This document shows positions 1 to 9,951 of a stretch of 35,561 nucleotides of DNA, in pieces. Positions within the stretch are counted from its first letter, which is position 1; each line of letters begins with the position of its first letter. Position numbers and translations under genes: made by a program. The notes below the pieces were generated by a model that ran no database searches, was not told where the DNA came from, and saw nothing but the letters and a program-made list of their open reading frames with translations. The DNA is from a virus (lineage: Duplodnaviria; Caudoviricetes), in IMG/VR virus record IMGVR_UViG_3300022218_000009, positions 1 to 35,561 of that record; one strand, written 5' to 3'.

Positions 1-164
1 ATAGATGTTGGTTCAGATGGTGAATTAGATCTATTAGCATAACTTAATGCAAATTCCAATACTTCAAGGTATTTATACCGATACTGCTCCTGATATTAGA
101 ACATCATACCCTAAAAACTTAATAGCTATTCCTAAACAAAGTGGAATATCTGCTGGTTATTTAA
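1..164. repeat. Terminal direct repeat (copy 1); circular-assembly overlap
   Basis: 1-164 equals 35398-35561 except C38 vs G35435; the repeat spans the end of the gp4-like gene and the start of the gp10-like gene. Confidence 0.95.
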
Positions 165-1405
165 GACCTCACGATGGTTTAGTTGAGTTTGTAGCTACTA
201 ATGATATTGATAGAGGTGGTATTAATTGGAATGGTACTTTATATAGAGTAATAGGTTCAAAACTTGTTAAGGTTGCTTCAAATGGAATAATCACTATTAT
301 AGGTAATGTTGGTAACGATAATATTAATGTTGCATTTACTTACTCTTTTGATAGATTGAGTGTTGCTAGTAATAATAATCTTTTTTATTATGATGGTTCA
401 GCACTTACTCAAGTAACTGATACAGATTTAGGTAATGTTTTAGATGTTGTATGGGTAGATGGTTATTTTATGACTACAGATGGTGAATATTTAGTTGTAA
501 CAGAGCTATCAGATCCTACTTCAGTTAATCCTTTAAAATATGGAAGTTCTGAAGCTAATCCTGATCCTATTGTAGCGTTAAAAAAAATTCAAAATGAGAT
601 TTATGCTATTAATAGACATACTATTGAAGTTTTTGATAATGTAGGTGGTACTACTTTTCCTTTTGCAAGAGTTGAATCAGCTCAAATAGATAGAGGTTGT
701 GTAGGAACTAAAGCTTGTTGTGAATATCTTAATGTTATAGCTTTTATAGGTAGTAGGTTGAATGAATCAGTAGGTGTTTGGTTAGGTATAAACTCTTCAT
801 CTACTAAAATATCTACTAAAGAGATAGATAGATTATTACTTGAATATTCTGAAGAAGTTTTAGCTGAAGTTTTAGTGGAAAGTAGAGTTGATAAATCTCA
901 TCAATTTTTATATATTCATTTACCTGATAAAACATTAGTTTATGATGGTGCTGCTTCACAAGCTTTAGGTGCTTCAGTTTGGAGTATATTAGATAGTAAT
1001 GGTGAATATAGAGCTAATAATTTTACCTGGTGTTATGATAAATGGATATTTGGAGATCCTACTTCTAACAAATTAGGGTATTTAGATGATAGTTTATCTA
1101 CTCATTTTGGCGATGTTATAGAATGGGAATTTAATACAGGTATTTTCTATAATGAATCAAGAGGTGCTATTTTACATCAAGTTGAGTTAGTAGGTTTTAA
1201 TGGTAATTCAACTGAAGGTAATATATCTACAAATTATTCTTTAGATGGTGTAAATTACACAACTCCTATTTCTATAGATATTACTAAAAGATTAGTATGG
1301 TTTCAACAAGGTATGATGCAAGATAAACGTATTCAAAGATTTAGCGGTACAGCTCATCTCAACTTAGTGAGGTTAGAAGTTCAAATAGAACCTCTTTATG
1401 TATAA
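47..1405 (+). CDS. P22 gp10-like packaged DNA stabilization / tail hub protein
   Basis: 452 aa, beta-rich; motifs DGYF, AEANPD-like SEANPDPIVA, TIEVF.NVG..FPF, GCVG; follows the gp4-like gene across the circular junction. Confidence 0.85.
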   Translation: MQIPILQGIYTDTAPDIRTSYPKNLIAIPKQSGISAGYLRPHDGLVEFVATNDIDRGGINWNGTLYRVIGSKLVKVASNGIITIIGNVGNDNINVAFTYSFDRLSVASNNNLFYYDGSALTQVTDTDLGNVLDVVWVDGYFMTTDGEYLVVTELSDPTSVNPLKYGSSEANPDPIVALKKIQNEIYAINRHTIEVFDNVGGTTFPFARVESAQIDRGCVGTKACCEYLNVIAFIGSRLNESVGVWLGINSSSTKISTKEIDRLLLEYSEEVLAEVLVESRVDKSHQFLYIHLPDKTLVYDGAASQALGASVWSILDSNGEYRANNFTWCYDKWIFGDPTSNKLGYLDDSLSTHFGDVIEWEFNTGIFYNESRGAILHQVELVGFNGNSTEGNISTNYSLDGVNYTTPISIDITKRLVWFQQGMMQDKRIQRFSGTAHLNLVRLEVQIEPLYV

Positions 1406-1407
1406 AT

Positions 1408-1959
1408 ATGGCCAATAACAAAATAATAAGAGTACCTAACAGAAAGTTATTAGAACAAATTTTTGGTAAAAATTCAGATTTAATTAGACAATATGAAAAT
1501 CTTTTTTCAATAAGTGATGAAATAATAGAAGAAATAAACCGTATAGAAGAAGCTGTTGGTTTAGATAGTGATGGTAACTATGTTCAACCTACAGACACTA
1601 GATTTTTAAATGATACTATTACAGTAATGGAAGCTTTATCTAAATTAGATGAAGAAATAGGTTCTATTAAAATATTAAATATAGATGTAAGTAGTTCCAC
1701 TTTACCAATAAATCAATTATTAATAGTAGATGCTACAAGTGGTAATATTACAATAACTTTACCTGATCCTACTGAGTTTTTTATAAATAATAACTCTAAA
1801 ACTATCTCAATTACTAAAAAAGATATATCTACTAATATTGTAACTATTGAACCTTATGGTACAGAAGAGGTAGTTGGTGAAACTTCTCAAGAGTTGTTTT
1901 CTGAGGGTGATGTAATAAATTTAATTACAGATGGTACAGATTGGTATCTAGGAGCATAA
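1408..1959 (+). CDS. Putative tail needle/short fibre protein (gp26 position)
   Basis: Directly after the gp10-like gene; helical N-terminus; C-terminal VDATSGNITITLP...ITDGTDWY module typical of phage fibre proteins. Confidence 0.5.
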   Translation: MANNKIIRVPNRKLLEQIFGKNSDLIRQYENLFSISDEIIEEINRIEEAVGLDSDGNYVQPTDTRFLNDTITVMEALSKLDEEIGSIKILNIDVSSSTLPINQLLIVDATSGNITITLPDPTEFFINNNSKTISITKKDISTNIVTIEPYGTEEVVGETSQELFSEGDVINLITDGTDWYLGA

Positions 1960-1960
1960 T

Positions 1961-2806
1961 ATGAGTAAATTAGGAAGAATAAGGGGTACTGATAATGAAC
2001 TGATTGAATCAGTATTAGGTACTTTAAATATATCTTTACATGATGGTTTAGGTAATCCTATCAACTCGTACAGGGGTGCTGTAAACACACATGATGCTGA
2101 TGTTCATAGAGAGATTATCAATCAACAGTTTCATCAACATACAGCTACAGTTACTACTTTTGCTGTAGCTGCTTCTGCTGGTGATACACAAATAGAATTA
2201 GCAGATGCTACAGGTTTTGCTACAGGTAATTATTTACATTTAGCTGATGGTGGTGTGGAGCATCCTCACCCTAAAATTACTTTATCAGGGACTACTGCTA
2301 CTTTAGATAGACCTCTTGACTATAGTTTTGCTATTGGTGATCCTATTGTAAAAGCTCTTGTTAATATGAATGTTATAGGTAGTTTAGCTTCACCTCAAAG
2401 TTTTAAAATAGAACCTTTATCTACTGAGGTTATGCACATAACAAGAATATTAATAGAAATGACACATGGTACTGCCGGTGATAATGGTTTATTTGGTGAT
2501 TTAACAACGCTTACAAATGGTGTTGTTTTAAGAAGGTATGATGGTACAACCGGTACAACCGGTATTTTTACTGTTTGGAAAAATAATAGTGATATTGTAA
2601 CTGATATGTATGATGTTACTTATTCAGCACGTTCAGGTGGTGGTGGTGCTTATGGTACAAATGCTAGAGGTACATTTAAAGAAGCAGGAGCTATAGTTTA
2701 TCTTGATGGTTCAAAAGGTGATTATTTAGAAGTTTTAATTCAAGATGATCTATCAGGTTTAGGCTCATTTAGAATAAAAGCACAAGGTCATTATGAAGAT
2801 AGTTAA
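1961..2806 (+). CDS. Putative tail-associated structural protein
   Basis: 281 aa, Gly/Thr-rich, TTFAVAASAGDTQIELADATGF motif seen in virion proteins; lies in the tail cluster. Confidence 0.45.
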   Translation: MSKLGRIRGTDNELIESVLGTLNISLHDGLGNPINSYRGAVNTHDADVHREIINQQFHQHTATVTTFAVAASAGDTQIELADATGFATGNYLHLADGGVEHPHPKITLSGTTATLDRPLDYSFAIGDPIVKALVNMNVIGSLASPQSFKIEPLSTEVMHITRILIEMTHGTAGDNGLFGDLTTLTNGVVLRRYDGTTGTTGIFTVWKNNSDIVTDMYDVTYSARSGGGGAYGTNARGTFKEAGAIVYLDGSKGDYLEVLIQDDLSGLGSFRIKAQGHYEDS

Positions 2807-2810
2807 AAGT

Positions 2811-2821
2811 TATGGTACAAT
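2811..2821 (+). promoter_or_regulatory. Extended -10 promoter upstream of the cupin-SET/ejection genes
   Basis: TATGGTACAAT, matching the TATGnTAyAAT motif also at 27922 and 32316. Confidence 0.55.
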
Positions 2822-2894
2822 ATTGAACAAGAATTAAAAAGTTGAGTTTTAAAAGAGTTTCCAACTACTCATAAACATTTATGAAGGGAAAGTT

Positions 2895-3599
2895 TTGAAA
2901 GCACCTACTTATTTTTGTGAAGCTATTGTACCTATTAAACATGAAATAGTTGATGGTATGTATGTTAGAACTGCTTATGCAAAAAAAGATCAACTTATTG
3001 TAGGGTGTTCTCATAAAAAACCAGGTATAGCTTTCTTAGAAAAAGGTAAGATAAGACAATTAGATGGTGAAAAAAAATATGAGATAGAAGCACCATTTAA
3101 AATAGCTACTGAAGCAGGATCTCAAAGATTTGCTTATGCTATGGAAGATACTACTTACACAACTGTTCATAGAGTTGAAGCTAAAACTGTAGAAGAAGCC
3201 GAACTAGAAGTGTTTGGTGAATTACCTCAACTTACTAGAATTAAAAAAAGTTATCAAGCTTTACTGCTAGAACATAACTTATCTGATAAAGATGTTCAAG
3301 AGGATATGAATAGTAAAGAAGTTATAGTTGAAGATTCAGATATGTATTATTTATCAGATTCTCCTATTCACGGTTTAGGGTGTTTTGCAGATAAAGATAT
3401 AGAAGCTGGTGAAAGTATCGCTGTATCTTTATTAAACGGTGTAAGAATGACTACAGCTAGGTATGTTAATCATTCAGATATACCTAATGCTAAACATATT
3501 CAAATAAAAGATGATCTAATAGCTTTAGTAGCTATGGTAGATATACCTAAAGATTATGAAATATTAACTAATTACAAGGAGATATTATGTCAGCAATAG
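2895..3599 (+). CDS. Cupin-like N-terminal domain fused to a SET-domain methyltransferase
   Basis: C-terminal SET motifs SPIHGLGCFA..DI..GE, ARYVNHSDIPNA, A..DI...EILTNY; N-terminal H...GMYVR...VGCSH...G.I...EAP....AGSQRFAYA.ED...TVH cupin-like pattern; TTG start with AAGGG RBS. Confidence 0.8.
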   Translation: MKAPTYFCEAIVPIKHEIVDGMYVRTAYAKKDQLIVGCSHKKPGIAFLEKGKIRQLDGEKKYEIEAPFKIATEAGSQRFAYAMEDTTYTTVHRVEAKTVEEAELEVFGELPQLTRIKKSYQALLLEHNLSDKDVQEDMNSKEVIVEDSDMYYLSDSPIHGLGCFADKDIEAGESIAVSLLNGVRMTTARYVNHSDIPNAKHIQIKDDLIALVAMVDIPKDYEILTNYKEILCQQ

Positions 3600-4261
3600 C
3601 TACAGCTATAGTCGGTGGTGCTGTTATAGGTGGTTATGCTTCTTATGAAGCAGGTGAAGCACAAAAAGAAGGTGCTGAAGCTGCAGCAGCAGCACAGCTT
3701 GAAGCAGCTCAAATAGGAACTGAAGAACAGAGAAGACAATTTGATTTAATGCAAAAAACTCTTCAACCTTATGTAAGTGCTGGTGAAACAGCATTATCAG
3801 GACAAATGGCTTTAGCAGGTTTGGCAGGTGAAGATGCTCAACGTACAGCTATATCTAACTTATCAGAATCACCTTTATTTCAATCTCAAGTTCAACAAGG
3901 TGAAGAAGCATTACTACAACAAGCTTCTGCAACAGGTGGTGTAAGAGGTGGTAATATACAAGGGGTTTTAGCTCAATATAGACCTCAAATGCTTCAACAA
4001 GAGATTAATAATCAATACTCACGTTTAGGTGGTATTACACAAGTAGGACAAGCGAGTGCTGCAGGTGTGGGTGCAGGTGCTATGCAAACAGGAGCTAATA
4101 TATCCAACCTTCAACAACAAGCAGGTGCAGCAATAGCAGGTAATCAATTAGCTCAAGCTCAAGCAACTGCTAATCAGTATTCAGGTATTGCAAGTAGTAT
4201 ATCTCAACCTCTTACTACTTTTGGTACTTTAAACTATATGAAACAATTAGGAGCGTTCTAA
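3587..4261 (+). CDS. DNA ejection/transfer protein, P22 gp7-like
   Basis: Ala/Gly/Gln-rich; hydrophobic N-terminus; EEQRRQFD..Q..LQPYV.AG..AL, Q.GEEALLQ.ASATGG.RGGN motifs. Confidence 0.75.
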   Translation: MSAIATAIVGGAVIGGYASYEAGEAQKEGAEAAAAAQLEAAQIGTEEQRRQFDLMQKTLQPYVSAGETALSGQMALAGLAGEDAQRTAISNLSESPLFQSQVQQGEEALLQQASATGGVRGGNIQGVLAQYRPQMLQQEINNQYSRLGGITQVGQASAAGVGAGAMQTGANISNLQQQAGAAIAGNQLAQAQATANQYSGIASSISQPLTTFGTLNYMKQLGAF

Positions 4262-5559
4262 TGCAACCATTGAATTATATGATAAATGTACCTAATCCTA
4301 CACAAGATGTAATGAAGGGTATTCAACAAGGTATGAGTTTAGCACAAGGTGTAGGCCAAATGGCTAACTTGAGATCACAAAGAGATTTAGCTGATGCTAA
4401 AAAGGCACAAGTTGAACAGCAACAAAAACAGTTTGGTATTTTACAAAAAGATTTAGGTGCTTTATCTTCTAAGTCTAATCCTACTGCTAAAGATTATACT
4501 GATGTTATGATTAAACACCCTCAAATATCTGAGCACTTAAACAAGAGTTATAATATTATGAATCAAGATCAGAAAGATCAAGCTGTAAAAGATGCTAGTA
4601 ACATATATTCTGCTATTAGTGCAAATAATACTGATTTAGCTGTTCAACTCTTAGAGAAGAAAAAACTAGCTGCTGAAAATTCAGGATTAAAAGTGGAAGC
4701 CGATGCTGCTGACGCTATGATACAAATGATAAAAATGAACCCTGAAGCTGCTAAAACAACTGCTGGTTTATTCTTAGCTTCTTCTGTTGGTGCTGATAAA
4801 TTTCCTGAGATGTATGATAAGTTAGGTCAATCAACAGGTGGTTATTCAGTTCTAACTGCAAATGATAAAAAACAATTAGGACTTCCTGAGAATGTACCTT
4901 TTCAAATGTCACCTAAAGGTCAGATAACACAAATAGGTTCTAAAGGTATAACTGTTAATGTTGAAGGTGAACCTCAATTTGGAACTATACCACCAGGTTA
5001 TCAAATAACTAAAGTTGGTGATAGTTTTAGAATGGAAGCTATACCTGGTTCACCTGCTGAAGCAAAAATAAAAGATCTAGCTAATACTAAAAATAAAGCT
5101 AAAGTAGAAAGAGTTAGAACAGGTGGTATAGTTCTTAAAGATCTTGAGAGATTAGAAAAGAAAATAAAAAACGCTCCTTGGTACAATCCTGTTACAGGTG
5201 TTACAGGTGCTGTAGCTTCTTTTATACCAGGAACTAATCGTGTAGATGCTGAGAGTTTATTTGAAACTGTTACTGCTAATATAGGTTTTGATAAACTTCA
5301 AGCTATGAGAGAAGCTTCACCTACAGGCGGTGCTCTTGGTGCTATATCAGATAGAGAACTTAGTAATCTTCAAGCTGTTATGGGTAGTTTACAATTATCT
5401 CAAAGTGAAGAACAGTTACTTCAAAATATAAACCGTTTAAATGGTGTATATAAAAAGATTCTTAAAAAAGCTGAAGCTTATCCTAATGCTGGTGAGTTTG
5501 GTTTTGACTTAACTGAAGAGAATAAGCAAGATATTTATAAAAAATATGGAATAGAATAA
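4261..5559 (+). CDS. DNA ejection protein, P22 gp20-like
   Basis: MQPLNY start, helical Gln/Lys/Ala-rich, C-terminal GGALGAISDREL..LQ...GSL; second gene of the ejection triplet; TAATG coupling. Confidence 0.6.
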   Translation: MQPLNYMINVPNPTQDVMKGIQQGMSLAQGVGQMANLRSQRDLADAKKAQVEQQQKQFGILQKDLGALSSKSNPTAKDYTDVMIKHPQISEHLNKSYNIMNQDQKDQAVKDASNIYSAISANNTDLAVQLLEKKKLAAENSGLKVEADAADAMIQMIKMNPEAAKTTAGLFLASSVGADKFPEMYDKLGQSTGGYSVLTANDKKQLGLPENVPFQMSPKGQITQIGSKGITVNVEGEPQFGTIPPGYQITKVGDSFRMEAIPGSPAEAKIKDLANTKNKAKVERVRTGGIVLKDLERLEKKIKNAPWYNPVTGVTGAVASFIPGTNRVDAESLFETVTANIGFDKLQAMREASPTGGALGAISDRELSNLQAVMGSLQLSQSEEQLLQNINRLNGVYKKILKKAEAYPNAGEFGFDLTEENKQDIYKKYGIE

Positions 5560-7601
5560 TGGCTAATTTAGAACAATTAAAAAAAGCACTTATACAAGCT
5601 GATACTGCTGGTGATACTAAAGCTGCTGAATTATTTGCTCAAGATATTAAAAAATTACAAACTACTCAACCTATTGTTGATCCTAGAACTATACCTGAGC
5701 GTTATGAGGACTTACCACCTAAACAAGAACCCACTATAGGTGAAAAAGTTGTTGGTGCTGGTGAAGCTGCTTTAGCTACAGGTACTGCTATGACAACAGG
5801 TGCTGTAGGTCACATTGTAGGAGCTATTAAAGGTATTGCTAAATCTATCAAAGATGGTACTTATGGTTCTATGGAAGGTGCTAGAGAGATGGAAAAACTA
5901 GCTCAAGAATATGCTGGTGAACTTACTTATGAACCTAGAACTAAAACAGGTAAAGAATATACTCAAGATGTAGCTGAAACAGTAGCCCCTTTAGAAGCTT
6001 TAACTCCTATGACTGCTGAAATAGGTGCTATGGGTAGAAATATACCTCAAAACATTCCTAGAAGAAGACCTAAACCTAAAGTTGAGAAAGTGGAAGAAGG
6101 ACTTGATTTAGAAGGTATTGCTGTTATGTCAGTAGATGCTGCTCAAGGTAATAAAAAAGCTAAAGCTAATTTGGCTAGAGAAGTTAAAGCTAACCCTGAA
6201 GCTATAGATGCTGCTGATAGATTAGGTATAGAGTTACCAGCAGATGTATTAGGTGATAACACTTTAATTAAACAAACAGTAGGTTTAGTTAGATCTCAAG
6301 TAGGTGAAGAAAGTGCTAAATTTGCTGATATGATTGATAACGCTGTTACTAAATCTGATGAAGCACTCTCTACTTTAGAACAAAGCGATTTAGCTACTAT
6401 GAGTGGTAAGATTATGGATAACTTTAATAAATCTCTTAGTGATCTAAATAATCAAGCTGCTAAAATATATGGTGAAGTTACAAATAAAATAGAAAAAAAT
6501 TCTGAAGTTACAGTAAATAACTCTAAAGAAGCTGTTTTGAAATACTTAGATGATTTAGGAATAGTTCCTGATGAAAAAGGTAAAGCTGATTTAAGAGGTT
6601 TAACTAAAGAAGAAAGGGATCTTTACAGACTTGTTACATCACCTAAAGTAACTTTTGGAGCATTAGAGAGAGAAAGAAGAGGTATTGGCGAAGCTTTAGG
6701 TAAAATGCCTACAGGTAAATATGCAAATTCTGATAAATCGTTACTTAAAAAACTTTATGGTTCATTAAAAAAAGATCAATTAGATAATGTTGAAACTATT
6801 TTAGGTAAAGATGCTAGAGATCAACTTCATTTAGCAGATAGAACTTTTCAAAAGAAAATAGCACTTGAAGAAAGAGCTGCTGATGTGTTTGGTAAAGAAG
6901 GTGATAAAAGTATAGCTTCATTGTTAAGACGTTCTATGTTACAAGGATCTAAAGGTGATATAACTGCTTTAAATAAAGTATTTAAAAACGTACCTCAAGA
7001 GTTACAAAAAGAAGCTATAGGCTCTGCTTTAGCTGATATAGCAACTTCTAAACAGGGTAGGTTTAACTTTAATGATTATGTTAAGCTTTATCAAGGGCTT
7101 AGAAAAAACGCTCCTATCTATAATAAGATTATTAAAACTTTAGGTGAAGATAAGCATAAATTACTACAAGACCTGTATGTAACTTCTAAGCGTTTACAAG
7201 ATGCTAAGAATAAAATCATATCTACAGGTAAAGCTAATCAAGCTATTCTAAATAAGATACAAGAAGAAGCTTTATTACAGAGAGTAATAAGGTTTACAGT
7301 TGAAAAAGGTGTTAAAACTGCTACTTTTGGAGGTTTACAACCTAGTTTAGATATGCTTTTTAAAGCACCTAAAGATAAGATAAAAGCAATTAGTGATCTT
7401 TTTGTATCTCAGGAGTTTAAAAATTTAGCTGTTGATGCTATTGATAAAACACCAGGTATGAGTAAGGTTAAGGCTTTTACTAATAGCAAAGCATTTAAAA
7501 AGTGGAATAAAACTATTGGTAATACAATTAAAGAACCTGAAACATGGATCTTAGAATCTTTTACATTAAATAAGGAACAGAACAATGAAAACAATAAATA
7601 A
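5559..7601 (+). CDS. DNA ejection protein, P22 gp16-like
   Basis: 680-aa helical protein, third in the ejection triplet; Gly/Ala hydrophobic segment near the N-terminus. Confidence 0.6.
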   Translation: MANLEQLKKALIQADTAGDTKAAELFAQDIKKLQTTQPIVDPRTIPERYEDLPPKQEPTIGEKVVGAGEAALATGTAMTTGAVGHIVGAIKGIAKSIKDGTYGSMEGAREMEKLAQEYAGELTYEPRTKTGKEYTQDVAETVAPLEALTPMTAEIGAMGRNIPQNIPRRRPKPKVEKVEEGLDLEGIAVMSVDAAQGNKKAKANLAREVKANPEAIDAADRLGIELPADVLGDNTLIKQTVGLVRSQVGEESAKFADMIDNAVTKSDEALSTLEQSDLATMSGKIMDNFNKSLSDLNNQAAKIYGEVTNKIEKNSEVTVNNSKEAVLKYLDDLGIVPDEKGKADLRGLTKEERDLYRLVTSPKVTFGALERERRGIGEALGKMPTGKYANSDKSLLKKLYGSLKKDQLDNVETILGKDARDQLHLADRTFQKKIALEERAADVFGKEGDKSIASLLRRSMLQGSKGDITALNKVFKNVPQELQKEAIGSALADIATSKQGRFNFNDYVKLYQGLRKNAPIYNKIIKTLGEDKHKLLQDLYVTSKRLQDAKNKIISTGKANQAILNKIQEEALLQRVIRFTVEKGVKTATFGGLQPSLDMLFKAPKDKIKAISDLFVSQEFKNLAVDAIDKTPGMSKVKAFTNSKAFKKWNKTIGNTIKEPETWILESFTLNKEQNNENNK

Positions 7602-9387
7602 TCTATCATCTACAAGTACTCTAGCGTTAGGTGACTTGTTAGCTTTATGGAGTACAAACAACGGTGATACTAGAAAAGTATCTATGAATACACTAATAGA
7701 TTTTGTTAAAGCTCAAGGGGGTGAGAGTGGTTTGACTACTATTAACACTTATGATGAGTTAAGACAATTAGACACTACTAATCCTGATACATTATCTCAA
7801 TATTTAGTATTAGGTGGTGATTCTGTTGATGATGGTAAAGGTGGAGTTTACTATTGGGATGTGTTATCCGTATCTGTTGATGATGATTTTACAGTTATTG
7901 ATTCAGACCAACCTGGTGATGGTAGATGGTTGAGATTGAATACAAGTAGTTTCTTAATAGTTAATACTTTTGTAGAACTAGATGCTTTAACTAAAGTAGG
8001 TACTTCAAGCGTTGATATTGCTTTTAATAGAGAAGATGGTATATTTTATGAATATACAGGGGGTGCGTGGGTGTCTTTTGACACAACCGTTTATGTTGAT
8101 GATGTGAGTTCACTTACAACAGCTTTAGGTGCTACACATAGTGCTGTAACAGTTACTACAGGTTTAAAAGGTATTTATATTTATGATGCTACAAAATCAG
8201 CGATCAATAACACCCTTACTATATTTAATGGTTGGGTTTTACAAGGAGAACTAACACTAGATACAGTTACTCAGATTGTTGATTTAACTTCAAATGATGA
8301 AGGAAGGGTTGTTTTTGTTAAAGATATAGATAGAGGTGGTAAATTTATTTATGATTCTTCTGAAGTTGGTAATCATAATGATGGTACTAATTTTCATGGA
8401 AGTGTTAGACAATATGATAATCATGTAAGTGTTTTATGGTTCGGTGCAAAAGGTGATGGTACAACAGACAATACAGCTATATTTACAGCAGTTGCAGCAG
8501 TTGTAAATATAGCAATAGTTCCTTACACTTCTTCTTCTTATTTTATTTCTTCCACTTTAGTAAATACAGGTACAACTTTTATATTTCATGGAGATAGTTC
8601 TCAAGTAACAGGTACAGTTACTGCTCAACAATTAAAAGCTATATATACAGATAATGGGTATATCAATGGAGTACCTGTTTCTGATGAATTAAGAGATAAA
8701 AAAATAGGAATAATAGCAGGAACATTAAGACAAGATGCAACTACTCGTTCACAATGGAATTGGATTAAAGATGTTGGTCACGAACCTATAGGGGTAGATG
8801 ATAGTGTTCCTGCTACAGCGACAGGTGATATATTATTTGTTAATTATGATAAAACGTACACTAAAACTTTAGTAGTATCAGCAACCCCTGATGAAACATT
8901 AGCTAGTAAACTTGGTATGTCAGTAGGTACATCAGTAGGGTTATCAGGTTTCAATATGAAAGCTTCTGTTAATTTAACACTTGCTGCTTCAATTAAGTGG
9001 AATGGTACATCCTGGGATATTGGATATGGAACAGGACAAGGTGGAGTAGGTGCACACAATGTGAATATTACAAATGTAGCATTAACAGGGGCAAATTTAG
9101 AAATAGATCATGATTGGATCCCAGGTTTTAATTTATCGTTAATAGGCTTTACAGATAACGGTGCTGTGATTCCTTATATTCCTGTTTTAAAAAGCACAAA
9201 TACTATTCAAACAGTAATTAACTTTGTTGATTATGCAGGTGCTTTTGTACAGCCTGAAGACACAAGGATGAGTTTTGTATTAGTTAAACAGTATAATGGT
9301 GGAGTAGATTTAGATGGAACAAACAACGGTGATACATTGGACTTAGATTTAGGTAATATTTGGGTACAAGGTATAATGCAATTTTAA
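7585..9387 (+). CDS. Tailspike/receptor-binding protein
   Basis: N-terminal particle-anchor-like segment, repeated GG.F/Y.YD modules, pectate-lyase-3-like cap VSVLWFGAKGDGTTDNTAIF, beta-rich C-terminus. Confidence 0.7.
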   Translation: MKTINNLSSTSTLALGDLLALWSTNNGDTRKVSMNTLIDFVKAQGGESGLTTINTYDELRQLDTTNPDTLSQYLVLGGDSVDDGKGGVYYWDVLSVSVDDDFTVIDSDQPGDGRWLRLNTSSFLIVNTFVELDALTKVGTSSVDIAFNREDGIFYEYTGGAWVSFDTTVYVDDVSSLTTALGATHSAVTVTTGLKGIYIYDATKSAINNTLTIFNGWVLQGELTLDTVTQIVDLTSNDEGRVVFVKDIDRGGKFIYDSSEVGNHNDGTNFHGSVRQYDNHVSVLWFGAKGDGTTDNTAIFTAVAAVVNIAIVPYTSSSYFISSTLVNTGTTFIFHGDSSQVTGTVTAQQLKAIYTDNGYINGVPVSDELRDKKIGIIAGTLRQDATTRSQWNWIKDVGHEPIGVDDSVPATATGDILFVNYDKTYTKTLVVSATPDETLASKLGMSVGTSVGLSGFNMKASVNLTLAASIKWNGTSWDIGYGTGQGGVGAHNVNITNVALTGANLEIDHDWIPGFNLSLIGFTDNGAVIPYIPVLKSTNTIQTVINFVDYAGAFVQPEDTRMSFVLVKQYNGGVDLDGTNNGDTLDLDLGNIWVQGIMQF

Positions 9388-9401
9388 TTAAGGGTTTAAA
9401 A

Positions 9402-9587
9402 ATGTTTAAAGATTTAAAAGGTAAAGTTTTAAGTACTTATAAACAATATGGTAATGCAAAAATAACTGATAAATTAGTAATTGATTATATTATTGATTTA
9501 GAAGAAGAAGAAAGAGCTAGACTAAAAGTAAATAGTTTTACTCAAGGTCAATTAACTAAAATGATTAGTAATATAAGTGAGGGGTAA
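9402..9587 (+). CDS. Small soluble protein paralogous to the C-terminal domain of 9952..10392
   Basis: ATG 9402 with AAGGG RBS is preferred over 9360; about 29 identities in about 58 positions by manual alignment. Confidence 0.75.
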   Translation: MFKDLKGKVLSTYKQYGNAKITDKLVIDYIIDLEEEERARLKVNSFTQGQLTKMISNISEG

Positions 9588-9590
9588 AAC

Positions 9591-9950
9591 ATGGCATGGT
9601 ATGATATATTTGGTGGAAGTGTTGCTAAATCAGTTGAAAATATAGCTAAAGAGTTTATTGATACTGATATGGAATCAGCAGAAGCTAAAGCTTTAATGGT
9701 TAAGACTTTAGATCCTAATGGTTTAATGAGAAGAGATCTATCAACTAAAGTAAGTAATTTGTATAGTGTTTACATAATAATTACTTTAGGTTTACTTCTT
9801 GCTAAAGCTTTTGGTATAGGTGATCCTAGTGAGGTTACAGAAGCTTTAAAAGCAACAGGTGATCTATTTGTACCTATTACAAGCATGTTTTCTTTAATTA
9901 TAGGTGCTTCTTTTGGTGTAAACTATGTAAATTCAAAGAAAGGGTTATAA
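9591..9950 (+). CDS. Putative holin
   Basis: Amphipathic N-terminus, two hydrophobic helices, basic C-terminus (FGVNYVNSKKGL); near the endolysin gene. Confidence 0.6.
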   Translation: MAWYDIFGGSVAKSVENIAKEFIDTDMESAEAKALMVKTLDPNGLMRRDLSTKVSNLYSVYIIITLGLLLAKAFGIGDPSEVTEALKATGDLFVPITSMFSLIIGASFGVNYVNSKKGL

Positions 9951-9951
9951 G

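Noticed and set aside
1-164. True T7-like physical terminal repeats
   Set aside because: The repeat cuts through tail genes and TerL is of a headful-associated type; an assembly overlap is simpler
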